Shown here one piece after another: positions 10,401 through 19,590 of a stretch of DNA of 32,751 bases. A program made the translations under genes and the position numbers. Source of the DNA: Octopus bimaculoides (lineage: Eukaryota); NCBI RefSeq assembly GCF_001194135.2, contig NC_068982.1, positions 499,411 through 532,161 on the forward strand. Reading direction: 5' to 3'. The notes beneath the pieces are model-generated. The model was not told the DNA's origin and made no database searches. It saw only the letters and a list, made by a program, of their open reading frames with translations. How positions within the stretch are numbered: the stretch's first letter is position 1; the number at the start of each line of letters is the position of its first letter.

Positions 10401-11298
10401 GTCTTTTCAATGTTTGTCTCTTCCCTCACACAAACACACTCATCATACCTTTAGAACAACAACCACTAAAATTATATATTTTTCTTCTTCTTAATTTTCT
10501 GTCATTTTCTCATATTCTGCATTCTGAAACATTTGTAACCCATGTTAGTTAAAGAAAAAATCTCTTACCTCACCCTGCCCTTCTTCATTGTACTTTTCAC
10601 AAGGAAGGAAAAGTCAAACACTGCAAATAGATGTGCGAAAAACGAAATTTGAATTTTGAAAAGTGTTTCCATAAAGCAACATTTTCAGTTGTTTATTTAA
10701 ACATTCTCTGCTAACTCATAAAATATAAATAATGCAATAGGTGGGTTTTGAGATATAAATTTGCTAATTTTCCAAAATTTTAATTCTTGTGCATGAAGGG
10801 ACCCACCGAATTAGAAGTTCCCCCCCCCCCCATGGTTTAAATGTGGTTCTGGATGCGAGATAACATTTCAGTTTTTTTTTAATATCAAGGGTACTGTCTT
10901 CAAGGGGAAATAGAGAACTGGAGTCCCAGCTGGATCTATTTTAATATAAAAACAAGACTATTCAGACCTTTGTAAAGAAATTAGAAATAATATGAGACAG
11001 AATGAGTATGAAAAGAAGCCATGCTGCTGCACACATTTGTGTATGCACATTTGTTTCCAGCAGCACAGCTAACTTTCATACTCTCATTTGATAGAAATGC
11101 TGCTTAAAGATAATGAAGACCTATTTCACTTTAATACAAGACTGACAGGAATTTTAGCGCATTTCCACATGCTGTTTCCTTTTAAATGGCATCAGCTTAT
11201 AGCTTTTTTTTTTAATTGGGACATTTAAAATGGGGGTCAAACTTGTTTCATGGTTTGTAGCAAATTACATTCAATTCTTATTTCTTATCATTTATTTG

Positions 11299-11630
11299 TG
11301 TTATGTTGTCACATGATCATGACTCGAGAAACTTCCAGAATATCAGGAATTAATTGATGATGTCATTTCCAGAATATTCAAGACTGTTCCATGACATCAT
11401 GTATATTTGAGAATGTTCTGGAAAGTTTTGCAGAGTATATAAACCCATGTGTGATGCTATGGTAGTCAGTACATTGTCAGTTTTTTCTCTGTGCATCCTC
11501 TGTTCATTCTGTGTTTGTGCAGGGCTCATTTCTCTTGTGTCTCTTATAAACTGTGATTATACTTAATGTTATTTTTCTTCTAATCAACTTTATCCATGTT
11601 TTTTTTCAGATTATAATTCTTACAATAACA
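11299..11630 (+). mobile_element. Possible solo LTR
   Basis: Begins TGTTAT and ends ATAACA (inverted termini), about 330 bp, internal TATATAAA; no perfect TSD found. Confidence 0.4.
11328..11443 (+). promoter_or_regulatory. Three heat-shock elements plus TATA box
   Basis: GAAacTTCcaGAA 11328-11340; TTCcaGAAtaTTCaaGActgTTC 11367-11389; GAAtgTTCtgGAA 11411-11423; TATATAAA 11436-11443. Confidence 0.65.
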
Positions 11631-11786
11631 ATTAACCCTTTATTATGTCAAAGGAAATGGAATGATGATTATGTGCAGTTTGGTTTCACTTGAACTGGAA
11701 CAACTGAGGATCTGCAAAAACCCCAGTGCATGCTTTGTCTTTTCAAATGCAAATAGAGAAGTTAGGCATAAGAGGAATTAGTTGCT

Positions 11787-12295
11787 GTGTGCAAGAGAGA
11801 AGACTGTGCTGGTTTGGTCATGTGATGCAGACCGCTCCTTAAAGAAGTGCCAATCTCTCAAAATGGGTGGAACACGTGGAAGTGGGAGACCCAGGAAGAC
11901 ACGGGATGAAGTATTGAAGAACGACCTTAGGTCGCTGAACCTTTCAGGTGAGACGGCTAAGGACCAAGATGCCTCGTGCCTTGCTGTACTCAAGAAGACC
12001 TGTACTCAGTGGCAGAAGTGTTAACACCAATCCCTCTGGTGGTGAAAAACACTCGTGGCAGTGTCGAGTGAAAGCACCCATGCTGTGCCACGTAAAAGCG
12101 CCCATGCTGTGCCACGTAAAAGCAACCAGCACTCTGTAAAGTGGTTGGCCTTAGGAAGGGCATCCAGCCGTAGAAATCATACCGAATCGGACTGGAGTCT
12201 GGTGCAGTTCCCCAGTTAGCCAGCTCTGATGAAACCGTCCAACCCATGCTAGCATGGACAACGGACGTTAGATGATGATAATGATGATGATGATA
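11787..12295 (+). mobile_element. 5'-truncated RTE LINE: ORF C-terminus, 3'UTR and (GAT)n tail
   Basis: ERRLCWFGHV and GTRGSGRPRKTRDEVLKNDL remnants, followed by ...ggacgttagatgatgataatgatgatg. Confidence 0.88.
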
Positions 12296-13019
12296 AAGTA
12301 TGTCTGTTTGTGTGTGTATAGGTCTATGTGTAAGCTGAAAAAAAATATTTAAAAAAATGTATTTTACGGATATTGCCGAACAAATAGATAAAATAACGAT
12401 GTTTTTCCATTTTCACTTCTGTGATACCATCTCCGAAGGAATTTCAATTTGGTTACAGTATTCAATCCATTATACCTTTACTTATTAATCGACTATACCA
12501 GGCGTACCTACATAAATGTGCTCCTCAACTTTATTTCCTCACAACTTTCAGAAAAATAGCTATTTTTAAATGAAATTCTCTACAAATACCTTTCAGATTG
12601 CGCGAATTAAGATTATATCGGAATTTAATGTGAAAATAATATAGTGTTGGTCACACACACATATATGCTAACACATCACAAATTCTTTCAAAATTTCAAG
12701 TTTCATTTTGTAGATTCTTGTGAAATATAATCATAATCAACACCATCTGAACAGTATCTGTAGAAATTTTCAATAAAAAGGATCCATTTTCCTGACAGTC
12801 GGTGATGGGGCGCGTTTGTGTAGGTATGCTCTGTAATCTTCTCCGATATTTGCTGTGTGTTGAAGGCCAGAAAGAAATGGTGCAAAGCAGAACAATGGAT
12901 TCTCTCAAATTTCAATGGGAATAATGAGATTCATATATTTTTATTTTTATTTTTAGAGACCAAATCATGGGCCCGGGCACCGATCCACTCCACTAAAAAT
13001 TAAATGTTTATTTTTTTTT

Positions 13020-13110
13020 TTGAAGCTTCCTGAAATCCCCGGAAGTTCATAATTGTCACGCATGCGCAGGACACTTCCTTCACGGCAACGTGCTCTTCGC
13101 AACTTTTCCT
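13020..13110 (+). promoter_or_regulatory. TATA-less housekeeping-type promoter of La
   Basis: ETS motif CCGGAAGT 13039-13046, NRF1-like CGCATGCGCA 13059-13068 and CACTTCC 13072-13078, in a locally CpG-enriched stretch. Confidence 0.6.
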
Positions 13111-13187
13111 CGTTTTTCTGGAAATTCTGTTTTTTATCTCTTTTAATTTTTGTCGCATTCGAGAAAGAATTTCATTGATTTTTAAAG
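13075..13187 (+). other. SSB: Probable non-coding first exon (5'UTR) of La; start approximate
   Basis: Follows promoter motifs, is pyrimidine-rich, and ends in AAG/gtaagt at 13187/13188. The next exon (19520) carries the ATG. Confidence 0.65.
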
Positions 13188-14596
13188 GTAAGTATTTTTT
13201 TTCGGTCAGAATATTTGAATAATGTTATTCTTTTAATGAATCGTGGATAAGTTTTTGTGTTTTAATTTAAACGATGAACATGTGCTGGTGTTTGCCCAGG
13301 TGGACGTTCGCATTCTTTTCATTAATTGAATTCCTTTTGAATGAAGCCAGAAAATCAGTCTTAATTCAACGAAAACAATTATGTGGAATGTAAATTCATT
13401 AAAAACATATATTTGCATATTTGGAAAGCTGTTGCCCCAAATTGTTATTATTTTAGGCTTAATTCGAAGCACATGACCAGCCAGTCGATGATAAAATGGA
13501 ATGTCTCAGAATATTCAGGATAAAGTTGACAAATTTTCAACAACTGCTGTTATTCGTTACGTTTAAATTACGGGTATTTTTTTATTTAGTCTTGAAATCC
13601 TGTTTAAATAAGGAATTTTTAGTTTCGTCATTTTAAAATAAAAGAGACAAAAAATGCTGGAAAATAAACAGAAAAGGATGATTGTTGGTCCTTTTCGTGA
13701 AAGAAGACCTTTTGCCAGTCTCTGAAAAAGAATTGAAGTTCATTTATTGAGAATATATTTAGGTATTTCAGTGAAAATGTTTCGATATAAACAGAAACAT
13801 TATCGATCTGTTTGTAAATCTGTTTATTCGCCCAACATATGATGAATAAAGCAACGGACCTCACCCTTACATAAATCCCTTCAAAAGGAGCAAAATTTAG
13901 GGGTTTTTTTCATAAATCTTACTCTTCTGATGACTTATAAACGCTTAATCTACTTTAAGGAGAAGGTAAAGAATACGTACAGCACCCCTTTTCGGCAGAA
14001 TAAAAACCCCTTAACCCTAAACCCGGTTAATACTTTCCGCGCATTTTTGTTTTCATATTTTTTGACTCCTGTTGCACTTTCTGTTTTTTTTTTTTCGTTT
14101 CCGGGTAATATTTGTAAACATTAAACCGCCGGGTGTACGTATTTCTTTACTTTCGCCCTACTTTGGTTATGTCAGAACCTCCTGAAGCATTTGAACTCTA
14201 ATCATTCCAACTCGTAATTCGCATTTAAGCTACCAACGAAGGACTCTGCCTTGTCGTTTTATCTGTTAGAAATAGAAGCGAAATTTCCCTCAAATCACAT
14301 TCACCACTGTAAAAAAAAGAAAAAAAGTGGGTTCATTTAACCAAGTGTAAATCGATGCTTCGATCTTACCCTCATGTCATGTCTTTTTTTTCCCGTAGGC
14401 CTTTTATGACATGATGAAATATTGAATTCATGTGGCGTAATACATTTGTTTATGATCTGTCCTACTTTGAAATCATTATTTCTGAAGAACTGTTTTTATA
14501 TCGATGTATGTTAAAAATAAAACAGAAAAGGCTCACCTACACAAACATGACTCCTCTTTCTTGGCCTTGTTTCTTCACAACTTCCAGAAATATGGA

Positions 14597-14990
14597 TAGG
14601 TAGGTGGGGCAAAATTAGTAAGTCCCACTTCTGATTTCTCGTTATTTTCTCCCTGCTTTTTTGAAATCATTACATTGTAAGTATTGCATCATCTTAGAAG
14701 TAAAAATTGGTGAGCATTGTTGGTGTGGAAGTTAAGAGTCCAAAACATAGTCAGGTAACAAGTACTATTTTTTTAAAGAAATTTTTCCTCAACTTTGACC
14801 CGATTGTAATTAAGGTAGCTAGCAAAATATCTGGACAATTTTTGGTGTTTAACAATCAATATTCTTTTCTCTACTGGATTCCAAGTCAATTTTTCCCCTC
14901 ACCAGTGTCTAATTTGATAATTTTCAAATTTCTAAAAATGGGGTAAAATGAGTAACGACTAATTTCTATAATTTCTCATTAACTGCATAA
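14597..14990 (+). repeat. Dispersed repeat, paralog of 10068-10400
   Basis: Same shared blocks in the same orientation. Confidence 0.7.
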
Positions 14991-15308
14991 TGTTTTATTA
15001 TATCACGAAAAGGAAACTCCAACGGATGATGAATAAGCTATAGACAATACTTTTTGTTGAGTTTTTCTTATTTAGTCGAGTTTTGTTAATTTCATATCGT
15101 GCCATTTTCCCCTGATCCTCTGCCATTTGACTTAGATTTTTTTTTTTACACTTCTGATCTTTTTGATGTCTAAGGATAGATATTGATGTGTATGAGTCTG
15201 TTTTCTGAAGAATTAAAGCAGCGAATTTACCTTATCTTGGCATACTCATTTTGCCTCTGCTAAATTTGTCTTTTATTTACACAAAGAGAACAGCAATGTT
15301 TTTCTGAA

Positions 15309-16400
15309 ATACCTGGCTTTCGTTGACATGAAGAAAGCCTTTGACAGGGTCCCCCGATCCCTTATCTGGTGGTCAATGGGGAAACTAGGGATAGAAGAAT
15401 GGTTAGTGAGAGCTGTGCGAGCCATGTACAGGGATGCTGTCAGTAAGGTGAGGGTTGGCAACGAGTACAGTGAAGAATTCCGGTTAGAGGTAGGGGTCCA
15501 CCAAGGTTCTGTCCTCAGCCCCTTCCTATTTATCATAGTCCTCCAGTAAATAACACAGGAATTCAAGACAGGATGCCCCTGGGAGCTCCTCTATGCTGAT
15601 GACCTTGTACTAATTGCTGAGTCACTATCAGAACTAGAGGAGAAGTTTCAGGTGTGGAAGCAAGGATTAGAATCAAAAGGCCTTAGAGTCAACCTAGCTA
15701 AAACCNNNNNNNNNNNNNNNNNNNNNNNNNNNNNNNNNNNNNNNNNNNNNNNNNNNNNNNNNNNNNNNNNNNNNNNNNNNNNNNNNNNNNNNNNNNNNNN
15801 NNNNNNNNNNNNNNNNNNNNNNNNNNNNNNNNNNNNNNNNNNNNNNNNNNNNNNNNNNNNNNNNNNNNNNNNNNNNNNNNNNNNNNNNNNNNNNNNNNNN
15901 NNNNNNNNNNNNNNNNNNNNNNNNNNNNNNNNNNNNNNNNNNNNNNNNNNNNNNNNNNNNNNNNNNNNNNNNNNNNNNNNNNAAAACTAGAAGTAGTTGA
16001 TAGCTTCTGTTACCTAGGTGACCCAGTCAGTAGCAGGGGTGGGTGCTCTGAAAGTGTAGCTGCTAGAATAAGAATAGCCTGGGCAAAGTTGAGAGAGCTC
16101 CTACCTCTGATGGTGACAAAAGGCCTCTCACTCAGAGTAAAAGGTAGACTGTATGTCGCATGTGTGCAAACAGCCATGCTACATGGCAGTGAAACATGGG
16201 CTGTGGCTGCTGAGGACATGTGTAAGCTTGCAAGAAACGAATCCAGTATGCTCCGATGGATGTGTAATGTCAGTGTGCATACTCGACAGAGTGTAAGTAC
16301 CTTGAGAGAAAAGTTGGACCTAAGAAGCATCAGTTGTGGTGTGCATGAGAGACGATTGCACTGGTATGGTCACATGGTGCAAACGGATGAGGATAACCGT
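15309..16400 (+). mobile_element. RTE-clade LINE reverse transcriptase fragment, inactive, interrupted by a gap
   Basis: AFVDMKKAFDRVPR...GVHQGSVLSPFLF, YADDLVL, KGLRVNLAKT, YLG, LHGSETW, RRLHWYGH; in-frame TAA at 15547-15549. Confidence 0.93.
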
Positions 16401-16692
16401 GTGAATGGCATTGTGTAGAATATATTTGTCAACATGTGCTTTCTCGCTAATGAAAGAGTCCTTATGTTTGGCTTGTTGTTACTATGGAAACAAGCATGAA
16501 TGTGTCTGTGGCTTATGATTGGCTAAAATTACATCAAATTTTCAAACTTTAATTGCTACTAATTCTTTATTGATTGATTTTTGTGAAAATGATTTTCACA
16601 TCATTCATTAGCCTATAAAAGTGTATCATTACACTGAATATGAAATCTATTCAAACAGAAAATGCTGCTGGCAGCCAAACCAACCAGATCCA

Positions 16693-16815
16693 CTCTTTGA
16701 ACTTGGCCTGGCCTCTTCTTATTCTAGCAATTACACTTTCAGAGCATCCTCCTCCTCTGCTTACTTGGTTGCCTAGGCAGCGGAATCTGTTTACTACTTC
16801 TAAGCATCCGCCTGA
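16693..16815 (-). mobile_element. Short RTE RT fragment, inverted relative to 15984-16097
   Basis: Translates LEVVNRFRCLGNQVSRGGGCSESVIARIRRGQAKFKE, paralogous to LEVVDSFCYLGDPVSSRGGCSESVAARIRIAWAKLRE. Confidence 0.85.
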
Positions 16816-16995
16816 ATATTTGAGGGAGTCTGTTTTCTGTACATTCTTAGTGTTTATTGTACCTGCACATCTATCACACACACACACAAGTAGTTGTATA
16901 TGCTGACAGAGTTGGACAATCAGAGCTTGGCTGTAGGCCTTAAAATGAACAGCATGGAAATAAAATATATGCAGTCGGAAGACGTAGCTCATGGT

Positions 16996-17455
16996 CGAAT
17001 AGAGGTGGAAAGCAGTGAAATCGAGGAGGAAAAAGGAGTTTGTCTAATTAGGGGACACACTGAATAGATGTCCAGGTATGGATGCTGATATCTGAGAGAG
17101 AATAAGGGGCAGGATGGAAGGCATTTACTATCAATAATGGATGGGACCAAAACAAAGATAGACAATACCATATGTGCCAGACTCTTCAATAGCTCTGTCC
17201 TCTCATACACAAGAGAGATGTGATTACTACGAAGAGGATAGAACATTGGATTGGGTGAGACATGTTGCAAGGTTTACAGACAACAAATGGACCCTTGCAG
17301 TTGCTGAGTGGTTCCCAAGAGATTGGTAAAGGTCACTTGGAAGGCCTCTACGACCATGGAAAGATGATTTAGTCAAGCAATTTGGGTCAAGATGGAAAAG
17401 ACTGGCGCAATCCAGACAGACTTGGAAGTGCATTGTGACCAGTGGTGTACAATAG
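16996..17455 (+). mobile_element. Degenerate 3' part of a second RTE-like LINE family
   Basis: Broken frames give CARLFNSSVL and HVARFTDNKWTLAVAEWFPRDW*RSLGRPLRPWKDDL...WKRLAQSRQTW. Confidence 0.7.
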
Positions 17456-17496
17456 CATCTGTTGGTCTGGTTGATACTGCAGTATATATATAGATA

Positions 17497-17757
17497 TCAT
17501 CATCGTTTAATGTCAGCTTTCCATGCTGGCATGGGTTGGATAGTTTGATAGAGGACTGGAGGCTGCACCAGGTTCCAATCTGATCTGGTAAGGTTTCCTA
17601 ATGCCAACCACTCCAAGAGTGTAGTGGGTGCTTTTTACGTGCCACTGGCACGGTGGGGCCAGTCGGGCAGCACTGGCATTGACCATGCTTAAATGGTGCA
17701 TTTTACGTGCCATCGGCAAGGGAGCCAGTCAGGTGGCACTGGCATTGGCCATGACTA
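17497..17757 (-). mobile_element. RTE-tailed element in La intron 1
   Basis: catcatcgtttaatgtcagctttccatgctggcatggg... Confidence 0.85.
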
Positions 17758-17790
17758 TAGATGTGTGTGTAGATATATATGTTCATGTAG

Positions 17791-17821
<31 letters not shown>

Positions 17822-18201
17822 GATAGATAGATAGATAGATATGTGTGTGTGTATATGTATATATAATATGTACATATATGTTTATATAGATATCATCATT
17901 TAATGTTTGTTTCTACTGCTTATAAGGATCATCCTTGATGTTTGAGGGAACCTGCCACATGTAAAGACTACTTTCCCTTCCAGTGATACCACTGTACTTC
18001 TTATGTGTCCATTGCTTGCACTGGGTACACTGTATGGAGGTTCGCCCAACACCTTTTCTACATAGCAAGCAGGGCCATCTCCATGAAGGGGTCTGTCACA
18101 CACACGTATATATTGGTTTTGCACAAATCCACTTATATGACAACAAACACTTAAAATGATAAAGCATTTGGACTTTGCAAGGAGCACACTTTATTGCTAT
18201 A

Positions 18202-18401
18202 CTCTCTTTCACTTGTTTCAGTCATTTAACTGCGGCCATGCTGGAGCACCGCCTTTTTTAGTCAAGCAAACCGACCCCAGGACTTATTCTTTGTAAGCCT
18301 AGTACTTATTCTATCGGTCTCTTTTTGCCGAACCGCTAAGTTACAGGGATATAAACACACAAGCATTGGTTGTCAAGTGATGTTGGGGGGGACAAACACA
18401 G

Positions 18402-18460
<59 letters not shown>

Positions 18461-18630
18461 TATATACGACGGGCTTCTTTCAGTTTCCATCTACCAAATC
18501 CACTCACAAAGCTTAGGTCGGCCCGAGGCTATAGTAGAAGACACTTGCCCAAGGTGCCACGCAGTGGGACTGAACCCAGGACCATGTGGTTCATAAGCAG
18601 GCTACTTACCACACAGCCACTCATACACCT
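18202..18630 (-). mobile_element. tRNA-derived SINE (family B) with internal CA/TA microsatellite
   Basis: Minus strand reads gagtggctgtgtggtaagtagc...gggttcagtcccactgcgtggcaccttgggcaagtgtctt (A/B boxes, then a CORE-like segment). Confidence 0.85.
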
Positions 18631-18999
18631 ATGCTATGGTGAATTCCATCATTTATAGTTAATGCCAATGCAATGTAAATAGCTGGCTCATTTAGAATAC
18701 ACTCTTCCACCTATTCCAGACAAATAACATCATCAGCCTGAAATACTATGCACCAGGGCTATGTGCAGGGGGACAATATCACACCCTGACAAAGTCCATC
18801 TTGTCTACTTTTGCTGTGGTCACCAAGGCAAGAAATACAAGAAACAGATTAGATGGAAGTCGAGATTGCTAGATGTTCAGACTAAAACACTGCATTCAGT
18901 ACAGTTAACCACAGTATGTCTAGCTAGGCGGAGACATGGTGTATCCTGAACAATTAGATCTGTTGTAGGTATTTTGTCATAATATGCTAAATAAATCTG

Positions 19000-19336
19000 C
19001 TCTGGCCGTTGCCAGTACCGCCTGACTGGCCTTCGTAGGATTTTCGAGCGAGATCGTTGCCAGTGCCCCTGGACTGGCTCTTGTGCGGGTGGCACATAAA
19101 ATGCACCATTTTGAGCATGGCCGCTGCCAGTACCGCCTGACTGGCCTTCGTGCGGGTGACACGTAAAAGCACCCACTACACTCTGAGTGGTTGGCGTTAG
19201 GAAGGGCATCCAGCTGTAGAAACTCTGCCAAATCAGATTGGAGCCTGGTGTTGCCATCCGGTTTCACCAGTCCTCAGTCAAATCATCCAACCCATGCCAG
19301 CATGGAAAGCGGACGTTAAACGATGATGATGATGAT
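19000..19336 (+). mobile_element. RTE-tailed element in La intron 1
   Basis: Ends catggaaagcggacgttaaacgatgatgatgatgat. Confidence 0.88.
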
Positions 19337-19527
19337 AAAGGAGTTTTAATAAATGCTGAATAAGTTAATGGTTGAGAAGCAGATTTTAGCATTGAAATTG
19401 GACACAACCAGTTCCGTTGAAACTAATCTAGCAAATTGCTTAGAGAATAATATTTTTTTCTCTTTTTCAACAGTCATCTATGAATGCTAAAGAGTTTTCT
19501 TTTTATTGTTTCGTTTTAGAGGTTGTA

Positions 19528-19590
19528 ATGGCTGAAACAAACGGTGAAACTTTAACAAATCTTGAACAAAAAATTGTTCGACAGATTGAG
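19528..19590 (+). CDS. SSB: La coding exon 1 (MAETNG...KIVRQIE); exon starts about 19520
   Basis: ttttag acceptor at 19518-19519, ATG at 19528, donor GAG/gtatgc. Confidence 0.93.

Noticed and set aside
12696-12955. Overlapping minus-strand ORFs divergent from the La promoter
   Set aside because: Short, no recognisable homology or donor site; a bidirectional partner gene is unsupported.
13838-15113. C/D-box-like pairs (ATGATGA...CTGA) at about 13838-13930, 14411-14487 and 15025-15113 in La intron 1
   Set aside because: Weak or absent terminal stems and no rRNA/snRNA complementarity that I can recognise; such boxes are expected by chance in AT-rich DNA. snoscan would settle it.
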